From an uncultured Thermoleophilia bacterium (GTDB taxonomy: Bacteria > Actinomycetota > Thermoleophilia > UBA2241): a stretch of 64,000 bases of DNA. Below, in pieces: positions 42,850 to 52,184 of the stretch. Each line of letters opens with the position of its first letter. Position 1 is the stretch's first letter. Both the position numbers and the translations under genes were made by a program. The DNA lies in NCBI GenBank assembly GCA_963702475.1, contig CAVPCT010000003.1, forward strand, positions 288,001-352,000. The letters are read 5' to 3'. The notes beneath the pieces were generated by a model. The model did no database searches. It saw nothing but the letters and a program-made list of their open reading frames with translations, and was not told the DNA's origin.

Positions 42850-43646
42850 TGGCCACCACACCGAATGCAGCAGGCCCGGCGCTCGACGCCGAGCAACTGG
42901 TCGAGCTCCTCAGGCTCGTCAAGGGGTCGAAGAGCGTAGAGCTCAAGCTCACCATACCGGCCGAGCACCACCGTGCCACCGTCGAGGCTCTGAGCATCGA
43001 CCCCCTCGACGGCCAGATGCGGCTGGTGACGTTCTTCGACACGCCCGATCTGACGCTGAACCGCGCCGGCGTCGTGGTGCGGTGCCGGCGCATCCAGGGC
43101 GGCAAGGCCGACTCGGTCGTCAAGCTGCGCCCGGTCGTGCCGGACGACTTGCCGGCGAAGCTCCGCGCGCTGCCGTCGTTCGGCATCGAGGTGGACGCCA
43201 TGCCCGGCGGCTTCGTGTGCTCGGCCTCGTACAAGGCCGAAGCCGACCCCGGCCAGACGAAGCTCGCCAGCCTCGGACAGGCGCCGGTGCACAAGGCCTT
43301 CAGCAAGGAGCAACGGGCCTTCTTCAAGGAGCACGCCCCTGAGGGCCTCGGCCTGGACGATCTCAGCGTGCTGGGTCCGGTCTTTGTGATCAAGGTGCCG
43401 TTCACACCCGCAGAGCTCGCGCACAAGCTGGTCGCCGAGCTGTGGCTGTTCCCGGACGGCGCCCGCATCCTCGAGCTCTCCACGAAGAGCACGCCGCAGG
43501 ACCTCGCGGACGTCCTCGCCTCCGTCCACGACCACCTGGTGTCCAAGGGCGTGGACCGTCACGGCGACCAGCAGACCAAGACGAAGCACGCCCTGGAGTT
43601 CTTCACGAAGGCTCTGGAGGCTCACCGGGAGAACGCGGGCGACTGA
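42849..43646 (+). CDS. CYTH-like (triphosphate tunnel) protein
   Basis: SVELKLT (ExK), FFDTPDLTL, VVKLRP, ELSTK. Confidence 0.7.
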   Translation: MATTPNAAGPALDAEQLVELLRLVKGSKSVELKLTIPAEHHRATVEALSIDPLDGQMRLVTFFDTPDLTLNRAGVVVRCRRIQGGKADSVVKLRPVVPDDLPAKLRALPSFGIEVDAMPGGFVCSASYKAEADPGQTKLASLGQAPVHKAFSKEQRAFFKEHAPEGLGLDDLSVLGPVFVIKVPFTPAELAHKLVAELWLFPDGARILELSTKSTPQDLADVLASVHDHLVSKGVDRHGDQQTKTKHALEFFTKALEAHRENAGD

Positions 43647-43685
43647 GCGACGCAGCTGACTCGAGTAAGGCCCACCCCTCTCGCT

Positions 43686-44408
43686 TCAGGCCTGCTCCTT
43701 GGGACGACGGCGCCCTCCCGTGACCAGGATGTACACGCTGATCACCGTCACCCAGGCCGGCAGGAGCAGCACGATCGGTTCGAAGAAGCTCACGCTCAAG
43801 AGAAGCACCGCTGCGATCAAGAAACCGCTCAGTGAGATCCAGCGAGACCAGCGGGCGCGCCGGGCGATCGTCGACGTCGCGAGCATGAAGACGCCTGCCA
43901 CCTTGGCCGAATACACGAACAGGAACGAGTAGCCGACCGATCGCGCGAAGCCGACCGTCGCGACATCGGTCGGCGCCGCAAGCCCGAAGCGGTTGCCGGC
44001 GATGAGCCCACCCAGCACCGCGCCGCCGGCGAACAGCATGGCGACGAAGATCAGGCCGCTGCCCAGGAAGACCGTGGCGAAGAACCTGTCCTCACGGTCG
44101 CCGATGCGGTCGCGGATGACGCCGATGAACCACAGGAAGGCGATCCCCGCGAACGGCAGCATGTAGAGACCGACCAGGGCCGCATCGGAGCTCGAGCCAC
44201 TCAGGTTGGCCATCACCTGCTCCGTGTCGAGCGCGATGCCCACGACCTTGGACAGCAGGTAGAGCGCGACGACGAAGAGGACGGCGAAGATGATCCCTGC
44301 TACGCCGGCCGCGCGCGGCGTCGTCAGTCCCCGCTCGGCTGCGCTCGCGAACCGGGGCGGTCTATCGTCGGTCGGTCTCGAAGTAGCCACACTTCCTCCA
44401 GAAGTCAC
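43686..44408 (-). CDS. Membrane protein
   Basis: TPRAAGVAGIIF, PFAGIAFLWFIGVIRDRIGDREDRFFATVFLGSG; start uncertain. Confidence 0.75.
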   Translation of the reverse strand: MTSGGSVATSRPTDDRPPRFASAAERGLTTPRAAGVAGIIFAVLFVVALYLLSKVVGIALDTEQVMANLSGSSSDAALVGLYMLPFAGIAFLWFIGVIRDRIGDREDRFFATVFLGSGLIFVAMLFAGGAVLGGLIAGNRFGLAAPTDVATVGFARSVGYSFLFVYSAKVAGVFMLATSTIARRARWSRWISLSGFLIAAVLLLSVSFFEPIVLLLPAWVTVISVYILVTGGRRRPKEQA

Positions 44409-46073
44409 TCAGTCGGCCTTGCGCGCCTTCAACCGCAGCCGCGCCGCTTCGTATGCTTCCTCCGTAGAGCGGTAGACGAGACTCCGCGCAGGGAAGATGT
44501 TGTCGCGCCCCAGCAGCTCCGCGAGACCGGTGCGCTCGAGCTGATCGCCCATGCGCTCGCCGACTCCGGCCAGCAGCAGGGCGCCGCCGCCGGCCTGGAG
44601 CTGCTCGGCCCACTTGCGCAGCAGCCCGATCGCGCTGCTGCCGAGCTCGCCACGCCCGCGCAGACGTACCACGAGCGCGGCGCCTCGCGTGCCGCGTACC
44701 TCCGGAAGCTTGGCGTCGATGGCCTCGGTGTCCGCGTAGAACACGCTGCCGTAGATGTCGATGATGGTGACGTCATCGTCGGGCAGGCGCTCGGGCGGGT
44801 CTTCTTCGCTGAAGCGGCCCTCGCCGGCTCGCCTGAGCCTGCGGACCTTGATGTCCAGCGAGGAGCTGGAGACGTGCTGGATGGTCGAGAGCACCACGCC
44901 GATCAGCACCGCGTACTGGAGCGGGACAGCGAGGGTGAGCGCGAGCGTGAACAGCATGATGATCCTCGCCGCCCAGTTGGTGCGCCAGACCTCCAGGAAG
45001 GCCGCGGGCTTGAGCGACGCCGCCGCGGCGACGATGAGCAGGGCGGCGACGGTGGGAAGCGGCACCTTCTCGACGTAGCTGCCGAAGAGCAGGAGGACGA
45101 CCGCGACGAGCACCCCGGCGTAGACGTTCGCCCAGCGAGAGCGTGCGCCGGAGCTCACATTGAGCGCCGAGGACGAGACCGACCCGCCCATGGGCATGCC
45201 GCTGAAGAAGCTCATCACGCCGTTCGCGGCGCCTTGGGCCACGAAGTCCCGCGAGGAGTCGCCGTAGGTGCCGCCGGGGTTGGGCACGCTCTTGCTGACC
45301 CCGGCGCCCTGCACAAGGCCGATCACAGCGATGGCGACCGCCGGCACGATGAGCCCGGGCGCGTACGAGAGGTCGGGCATCTGGAACTGCGGCAGGCTCG
45401 ACGGGATCGAGGCGATGTCCTCGACAAGAGCCACGGACGCCGGACAGATCACGGCGGTCGCGACCGTGGCGGCGGCGAAGGCGATGACCATCGAGAACTT
45501 GACCACCGCCGTGCGGTTGAGCACCAGGATGAGCACGATGGTGGCGAGCCCTACCGCGAACGTCGGCCAGTCGATCTCGCCCATGTGGAACAGCAGATCG
45601 ACCGTCTTGGCGACCTTGTTCGAGTACTCGCTGCTGTAGCCGGTGAGGTCGCCGAGTTGCCCCAGGATGATGAGGATACAGACTCCCGTGATGAAGCCGA
45701 CCATGACGCTGTTGGAGACGAACTTCGTGATCCAGCCGAGCCTGGCGAGGCCTAGCGCCAGCTGGATCGCGCCGACCAGCAGCGTGAGGACCAGAAGCAT
45801 GGCGACGCGCTCGCCGCTGTCGTGCCCGCCCATCGCGTCCGCGACTGCCAGTGAGATCGCGCCGGTCGTCGTCACCGTCATGAACACCGACCCGGCGAAG
45901 AGCGCTCCGACGGGCGTGCCGATGATGAGGGTGTTGAGGCCGTTGACCGGCTTCGCCAGGGCCAGGATGGCCGAGGCCATCGCGTCCGGGATCTGTACCA
46001 GCCCGTTGGTGAGTCCCGCGGCCAGGTCGCCGCGCAGGTCTTTCCTTTTCGGGAGGTCGAGACGCACTTTCAT
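44409..46073 (-). CDS. SulP/SLC26 anion transporter with STAS domain
   Basis: GDLAAG, GFITG, QGAAN, GGSVSSS; C-terminal STAS. Confidence 0.9.
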   Translation of the reverse strand: MKVRLDLPKRKDLRGDLAAGLTNGLVQIPDAMASAILALAKPVNGLNTLIIGTPVGALFAGSVFMTVTTTGAISLAVADAMGGHDSGERVAMLLVLTLLVGAIQLALGLARLGWITKFVSNSVMVGFITGVCILIILGQLGDLTGYSSEYSNKVAKTVDLLFHMGEIDWPTFAVGLATIVLILVLNRTAVVKFSMVIAFAAATVATAVICPASVALVEDIASIPSSLPQFQMPDLSYAPGLIVPAVAIAVIGLVQGAGVSKSVPNPGGTYGDSSRDFVAQGAANGVMSFFSGMPMGGSVSSSALNVSSGARSRWANVYAGVLVAVVLLLFGSYVEKVPLPTVAALLIVAAAASLKPAAFLEVWRTNWAARIIMLFTLALTLAVPLQYAVLIGVVLSTIQHVSSSSLDIKVRRLRRAGEGRFSEEDPPERLPDDDVTIIDIYGSVFYADTEAIDAKLPEVRGTRGAALVVRLRGRGELGSSAIGLLRKWAEQLQAGGGALLLAGVGERMGDQLERTGLAELLGRDNIFPARSLVYRSTEEAYEAARLRLKARKAD

Positions 46074-46074
46074 C

Positions 46075-47383
46075 TCAGCCCCGAGGTCCGCCGGCGCGCA
46101 ACCGCTCGAGATCGGCGGCCGTCAGGTGGCGACGCTGGCGCGGCACCGTCGCCGCCACCGCTTCCTCCGCCGACGGGTGGTCCTCGGCGTGGCCCTCGTA
46201 CCAGCGATGGTACGCCGCCACCAGCGGCACCGATGTCAGGCCGTGGAGCAGCACGCTCAGCGCCACCGTGACGATCACGGTCGTGAGCAGGGTCTCCTCC
46301 TCCGGCACGCCCCGCTCCAGCACGAGAAGCGCGAACACCACACTGGCGAGTCCCCGGGGCCCGAACCAGCCGATGAAGGCGAGCGTCGGGAGGCGGAGGC
46401 CCTGGCGGGCCATGGCGATGGCCACGGGAAGCATGCGGACGAGGGTGAGGCTGAGCACGGCGTACAGGACGACCCGCCACGTGATGTGCGGGAGGGCAAA
46501 GGTCAGTGCCAGCGCTCCGAACCCGATCCAGGTGAAGGCCGCGAGCAGGCCGCCGGTCTCTTCCGTGAACACGGTGATGGCGGAGCCGCGCTGCCCGGAC
46601 ATCGCCCCGAAGGCGAGGCCGCCGACGAACGCGGCGATGAAGCCGCTGCCGCCGAGCGTCACGGCGAGAGCATAGGCGAGCAGGGCGATGGCCAGCGGGA
46701 TGATCTGCCGCCACTCGCCCTCGATCCAGCCGCGCCGATCGGCGGTGCGAAACAGCAGCGCGCCGACGATGCCGGCGGCGAGGCCGGCGCCGAGGCCCCA
46801 GCCGAGCTGCTCCGCCGCGTTCCTGATGACCGCCCAGGTGACCCCTGTGGTGAGCTCTGCGTTGGCCAGGTCGAGCGCCACCAGGAAGAAGGGCACGGCG
46901 ATGCCGTCGTTGAGTCCGCCCTCCACATCGAGCGCCTGGCGGACGCGGGCCGGCACCGAGGCGTCGGTCACGACCTTCTGGCCGAGCGCTGCGTCGGTAG
47001 GGCAGAGGATCGTCGAGAGCAGGAACACGGAGGCCAGCGCCATGCCCGGGAACACCAGCACCCCGATGCCGGTCCCGGCGAGCAGCGTCAAAGGGAGGCC
47101 GATGAGGAGCAGGCGGCTCGGCCAGCCGAGCTCGTGGCGCAGCGCGCGCAGGTCGAGCCGCGAGGCGTCGCTGAAGAGGAGCAGGACCAGCGCTACCTCC
47201 GTGACCGTCTCGACCGCTGTATCCTCGGCCGAGACGTCCAGCAGGCCGAGGACCTTGGCCCCGACGAGGAAACCCGCCACGGTGAAGACGATGGCCGAGG
47301 TAGATCCCGCGCCGGTCGAGCGGCTTCGAGACGACACCCCAGATGACGATGATGGCGACGATCGTCGCGAGGCCGATCATCAC
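46075..47383 (-). CDS. CPA1/NhaP-like cation:proton antiporter (second copy), frameshifted near 47305
   Basis: PTDAALG, EGGLNDG, WFGPRGLAS. Confidence 0.85.
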
Positions 47384-48582
47384 TCCTCCTGCGTGGGCGA
47401 AGCGGCCGAGCCGAGTGCCAGGCTCGCCGGCTGTCCCGGCTCGACCGCCGCCGCCACCTCATCCGAGAAGACGCCCGCCGCCCGCAGGCGCGCGACGGCG
47501 TCGATGGCGATCTTCAGGAACGGTGCCGCGAACACGCCGCCGATGGCTCCGAACAGCAGGCTGCCGGCCGTGGTCGCGAAGAGTATGACCAGGGGGTGCA
47601 GCTTGAGCGCCGACCCCAGGGCGAACTGCGAGACCAAGGTCTGCAGGTAGCCGTTCGAGATGATCACGATGATCAGCATGGGGATCGCCATGGCCGGCCC
47701 CCCGGCGCCGAGGGCGATGAGCACGGCGAAGGCGCCGCTGATGATTGCGCCGAAGAACGGGATGTAGTTGGTGAACCAGCCGACGATGCCGATGGTCGCC
47801 GCCAGCGGCACGCCGATGATGAGCGCGCCGACGAACATCACGCCGCCGTTGAACAGGCCGGTCAGCGTGCTCCCCCAGATGTAGCCGCGGAAGAAGCGCG
47901 CGCTGTTGGCGAGGATCGCATAGCCCACGGGCTGCGGGACCGAGCCCATGTGCCGCGACGCCCAGGCGCCGATCTGACGACCCTGGATGAGGACCCAGAC
48001 GAGGATGTTGAGGCTGATGAAGATGCCGAACAGAAGGGTGCCGAGACCGCTGATCGCGCTGGCAAGCGTGCCGGCCACCCCGCCCGCGGCGTTCTTGAGC
48101 AGATCCTGCAGGCCCGCCTTCAGTGAGTCGACCGTCGACGCGGGCACACTCGTCGCGCTCAGTGCCTTCTGCAGCTGCGCGACGGCCTCGTCGAGGCGCT
48201 GCTGGATCTCGGGCACCTGGTTCACCACGCTGTAGGTGATGATCAGCGCGATGCCGACCGCAAGGGCGACGAGGCCGACGACGACGAGGAGTGCGCCGAG
48301 CCACCGCGGGAAGTGGTGCTTGTGGAGCCAGTCGACCACCGGCAGGAACGTGCCGCCCAGCAGCACGGCGAAGAGGGCCGAGATCACGAGCACGCTCGTC
48401 GCGGCCAGGAGGGCCATGAGTGCGACGAGCAGGATGAGGACGCCGATGCCGATCCAGCTCCAGCGGCCCGCGTCACCCGCCCAGCGGGGCACCGCGAAGG
48501 ACCTGCCCGGCGCGGCGCGGTCCGTCTCGTCGCCGGGCGCGATGGGCGCGGCCTCGCCGGTCTGTCGCGAGCGGCCGGCCAT
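47380..48582 (-). CDS. AI-2E (PerM) family transporter
   Basis: YIPFFGA, LKLHPLVI, GGVFAAP. Confidence 0.85.
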   Translation of the reverse strand: MAGRSRQTGEAAPIAPGDETDRAAPGRSFAVPRWAGDAGRWSWIGIGVLILLVALMALLAATSVLVISALFAVLLGGTFLPVVDWLHKHHFPRWLGALLVVVGLVALAVGIALIITYSVVNQVPEIQQRLDEAVAQLQKALSATSVPASTVDSLKAGLQDLLKNAAGGVAGTLASAISGLGTLLFGIFISLNILVWVLIQGRQIGAWASRHMGSVPQPVGYAILANSARFFRGYIWGSTLTGLFNGGVMFVGALIIGVPLAATIGIVGWFTNYIPFFGAIISGAFAVLIALGAGGPAMAIPMLIIVIISNGYLQTLVSQFALGSALKLHPLVILFATTAGSLLFGAIGGVFAAPFLKIAIDAVARLRAAGVFSDEVAAAVEPGQPASLALGSAASPTQEE

Positions 48583-48780
48583 CAGGCCCGCCCCAGGTCG
48601 GCCGGACGAGGCGACGCGCCGCCTGGCCTCTGGCGGATCCGCGCGCAGATGTCGCCCGCGCGATGGCGGAGGTGGCGGTTCAGCAACAGCACTCCATTCG
48701 TGTCGAACGCCGCGGGGACAGAGGGACTCTCCGGCCTCCAGGCGTCGGCCTAAGGACGCCGCGGAGGCCGTTCTTCGCAG

Positions 48781-48813
48781 AGGCGGGGCCTGCCGGCTTG
48801 GCAGGCCCCGCCT
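48781..48813 (-). terminator. Hairpin after the arylsulfatase gene
   Basis: AGGCGGGGCCTGCC-ggctt-GGCAGGCCCCGCCT. Confidence 0.65.
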
Positions 48814-48836
48814 CGCTCCGATATGTTGCCCGTGAC

Positions 48837-51191
48837 CTACTGCCGCGCCATGTGCATGCGCAGCTCGGCCTCGGGGTCGTGGATCAGCTCGCCGCTCACG
48901 TCCACGGTCACCTCGTGCAGCGTCCCGGTGAACTTGAAGGGGCTGGGGTAGTCCGGTGTGACCGGGGAGCCCGGGTTGGCACCGCACGTCAGGGCGCCCG
49001 GGTTGAGCATGAACGGCGTCGTCGTCGGCGCCTCCGCGTTGGCGACCAGGGCGCCGTCGACGTAGAGCTGCAGTCGTCCTGGAGCGCCCTTACCGTGCTG
49101 CAGGTCAGGCTCGCCCGTCGGCTCGAACTCGAAGCGCAGCTCGTGCTTGCCGGCCGGCACGTCCGCCTCCGTCGTCACCGAGTAGAGGGCGCGGCCCACC
49201 CAGTTGTGGACGTAGTGGAGCTTGCGGTCCTTCATGTACAGCGAGTAACCGCCTGCGGCACAGCCCTGACAGAGCAGCACGCCCTCGGCGCCCTCCTCCG
49301 GGATCTCGACGCTTGCCGTGATGCTGTGCGGCCGGTTCATGACGCGCGGTGCCGCGAAGAACGGCACCGACTGCGTCCCGGCCCGGTAGGTGTAGCTCTC
49401 CCGGGGCACGGCCACCAGAGGCTTCTCGGAGATCATCCGGGCGAGGCCGCTGCCGTCGACCGGCATGACGTCGTACTTGCCGGCCTCCACGTACCAGGTG
49501 GCGATGAGCGCGATCAGCTTGTCGCGGTTCTCCTCGGCGAGGTCGTGGTTCTCGGCGAAGTCCTCGTCGGTGTGGTAGAGCTCCCAGCCGTGCGCATCGA
49601 GTTCCGCGAGCTTCTCCGACGAGATCGGCTGGCCGAAGCCGACGCCGGCCTCGGTGAACGACGGGCCCGGCCAGGGGCAGACCGCTCGCCAGCCGTCGTG
49701 GTAGATGGCGCGGTGGCCGAGCATCTCGAAGTACTGCGTGTGGTGCTTGCTCGCGGCGCTGCCGTCGTCGAGCGCGTGCGCGAAGCTCACGCCCTGGATG
49801 GGCGACTGCGTGACGCCTCTGATGGCCGCCGGCGGCTCCAGGTCGAGCAGGTCGAGCACGGTCGGCACCATGTCGATGATGTGCGCGTACTGGGTCCGGA
49901 CCTCGCCCCTGGCCTTGACGCCGGCCGGCCAGGAGACGATGAACGGGTCGCAGGCGCCGCCGCGGTAGGTCTCCCGCTTCCAGCGCCGGAAGGGCGTGTT
50001 GCCCGCGTTGGTCCAGCCCCAGGGGTAGTGGTTGAAGTGCTTGGGGCCGCCGATCTCGTCGAGGACCGCGAGGCTCTCCTCGAGTGGCTCCTGCGCGTTG
50101 TTGAAGAACTGCGCCTCGTTGGTGGTCCCGGTGGGGCCGCCCTCCGCGCTGGCGCCGTTGTCGGAGATCACCATGACGATGGTGTTCTCGAGCAGCCCCT
50201 CGGCGCGCAGGTAGTCGAGCAGCCGCCCGAGGTGGTGGTCGGTGTGGCTGAGGAAGCCGGCGAACACCTCCATCATGCGGCTGGAGAGCTTGCGCGCCTC
50301 GGCGGGCAGCGAGTCCCAGTCGGGCACGTCGGGGTCGTGGCGCGAGAGCTCCGTGTTTGCCGGGACGATCCCCAGCTCCTTCTGCCGCGCGAGGGTCTTC
50401 TCGCGGTACGCCTGCCAGCCGTCGTCGAACTGGCCGGCGTACTTGTCGGCCCACTCCTTGGGCACGTGGTGCGGCGCGTGCGTGGCGCCGAAGCAGAGGT
50501 GCAGGTAGAAGGGCTTGTCGGGGTCGATCTGGCGCGCGTCGGCGATGAACTCGATCGACTTGTCGACGAGGTCCGGTGTCAGGTGGTAGCCCTCCTCGGG
50601 CGTCGCCGGCGGCTCCACCTGGTGGTTGTCGTAGACCAGGTCGGGATACCACTGGCTCGTGTCGCCGCCGAGGAAGCCGTAGAAGCGCTCGAAGCCGCGC
50701 GCCAGCGGCCAACGGTCGTAGGGACCGGCCGCGGTCTCCTGGTTGCTCGGAGTGAGGTGCCATTTGCCGACCATGTAGGTGTTGTAGCCGTGCTCGAGCA
50801 GCATCTCGGAGAGCATCCCGTTCTCGAACGGCATGACGCCGTTATAGCCGGGATAGCCAGTGGCGAACTCGGTGATGCAGGCCATGCCGTTGCTGTGGTG
50901 GTTGCGCCCGGTGACGACGCAGGCGCGGCTCGGCGAGCAGAGCGCCGTGGTGTGCATGTTGTTGAAGCGCAGGCCGTCGGCGGCGAGCGCGTCGAAGTTC
51001 GGCGTCTCTATCGGGCTGCCGTAGCAGCCCAGGTTGCCGAAACCGGTGTCGTCGAGGACGACGAAGAGCACGTTGGGGGTGGCCTTCTTGGCCCGCACCG
51101 GCGCCGGCCACGCTTCGCTCGACTCGTCGGTGGTGCGGCCGATCACGCCGGGGAAGGCCGCACCTTTCGGATACTCGACTATCGCCATCAT
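48837..51191 (-). CDS. Cys-type arylsulfatase
   Basis: LDDTG, ALCSPSRACVVTGRNHH (CxPxR), GKWHL, SDNG; GGAGG RBS; no signal peptide. Confidence 0.95.
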   Translation of the reverse strand: MMAIVEYPKGAAFPGVIGRTTDESSEAWPAPVRAKKATPNVLFVVLDDTGFGNLGCYGSPIETPNFDALAADGLRFNNMHTTALCSPSRACVVTGRNHHSNGMACITEFATGYPGYNGVMPFENGMLSEMLLEHGYNTYMVGKWHLTPSNQETAAGPYDRWPLARGFERFYGFLGGDTSQWYPDLVYDNHQVEPPATPEEGYHLTPDLVDKSIEFIADARQIDPDKPFYLHLCFGATHAPHHVPKEWADKYAGQFDDGWQAYREKTLARQKELGIVPANTELSRHDPDVPDWDSLPAEARKLSSRMMEVFAGFLSHTDHHLGRLLDYLRAEGLLENTIVMVISDNGASAEGGPTGTTNEAQFFNNAQEPLEESLAVLDEIGGPKHFNHYPWGWTNAGNTPFRRWKRETYRGGACDPFIVSWPAGVKARGEVRTQYAHIIDMVPTVLDLLDLEPPAAIRGVTQSPIQGVSFAHALDDGSAASKHHTQYFEMLGHRAIYHDGWRAVCPWPGPSFTEAGVGFGQPISSEKLAELDAHGWELYHTDEDFAENHDLAEENRDKLIALIATWYVEAGKYDVMPVDGSGLARMISEKPLVAVPRESYTYRAGTQSVPFFAAPRVMNRPHSITASVEIPEEGAEGVLLCQGCAAGGYSLYMKDRKLHYVHNWVGRALYSVTTEADVPAGKHELRFEFEPTGEPDLQHGKGAPGRLQLYVDGALVANAEAPTTTPFMLNPGALTCGANPGSPVTPDYPSPFKFTGTLHEVTVDVSGELIHDPEAELRMHMARQ

Positions 51192-51324
51192 GACCTCCGT
51201 GGGGCGGTGGACCGAGACAGGTGTGCGTGAGTGCGCGAGGTGACTCCGGGTCTGCGACGGCAAGCCCTCCGCTGCCGAAAGCCTTCATCCCGGGAGGGGG
51301 CCGCTCGAGTTGTCTGCGCTGCAT

Positions 51325-51340
51325 CTTACCGATGGGTAAG
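51325..51340. promoter_or_regulatory. Palindromic operator between arylsulfatase and TetR
   Basis: CTTACC-gatg-GGTAAG. Confidence 0.55.
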
Positions 51341-51408
51341 AAAGATGCAAGTGCTGGCCTCGGTAGCTTCCCAAGGTGATTGAATGGCAGCGGAACAAGG
51401 AGGCTCTG

Positions 51409-52056
51409 ATGACCGACGAGCGCCCGGTCAAGCGGCGGCGCGGCCGCGAAGCGACCACCGCCGCGATCCTGGACGCAGCGCAGGAGCTGTTCGCCGCTCA
51501 CGGCTACCATGCCGTAGCCGTCCGGGACATCGCGGAGCGGGCCGAAGTCACGCATGCGCTGGTGCACCAGTACGTCGGCAGCAAGGCCGACGTCTTCCGC
51601 GCCGTCCTGGCCCGCAGCGAGGGCCTCATCGTGTCAGCCGCGCCCGACAACCCCGACCTGCTCGAGTCCGCCGGCCTCATGCTGCGGACGGCGCTCGGCG
51701 ACGCCGGCCAGGCCCACCTCCGTCTCATCGTCCGCTCGGCGCTGAACGGCCTCAGCTACGAGCGATCCATCGGCCAGTTCGACGCCACCGAGCGGCTCGT
51801 CGGGCTCGCCGAGCTGGCTTCGACGTCGGCACCTGCCGCGGAGCGCACGGAGAAGGATCTCGACCCGCGCCTCGTGATCGGCTGCTTCGTGAGCCTGCTT
51901 CTCGGCTGGACGGCCGCCGGGTCGTGGATCCGGCCGGCCCTGGGGCTCCAGGACATGGACGACGCCGAGCTGATCGGCGGCGTCGAGCGAATCCTCCTGG
52001 GCCTGCTGAGCAGCAACCTGGCGGGTGTCGGACGCGACGACGGGCCTGGTGCCTGA
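51409..52056 (+). CDS. TetR-family regulator (paralog of 21274-21921)
   Basis: AILDAAQELF...VRDIAERAEVTHALVHQYVGSK; DLDPRLV. Confidence 0.9.
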   Translation: MTDERPVKRRRGREATTAAILDAAQELFAAHGYHAVAVRDIAERAEVTHALVHQYVGSKADVFRAVLARSEGLIVSAAPDNPDLLESAGLMLRTALGDAGQAHLRLIVRSALNGLSYERSIGQFDATERLVGLAELASTSAPAAERTEKDLDPRLVIGCFVSLLLGWTAAGSWIRPALGLQDMDDAELIGGVERILLGLLSSNLAGVGRDDGPGA

Positions 52057-52184
52057 ACAACACGTCTGGCGTCCAGGTCCACGGCGCGCCCACGGCAAGG
52101 ATGCGTTCTCAGGCTCACGTTGCTCCGCGGTGAACGATAGTGGAGCATGCGCCATGGAAGGGGACCGTTCGAGGAGGGGACCGC

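Noticed and set aside
48663-51230. Long antisense ORFs (also 19267-21213, 21863-23773, 54025-55914, 61592-63487)
   Set aside because: Shadow ORFs opposite real genes, expected at this GC content; no recognisable motifs.
51355-51385. CTCGGTAGCTTCCCAAG as a tenth regulon box
   Set aside because: It has an extra base and no TANNNT at the 6+17 spacing.
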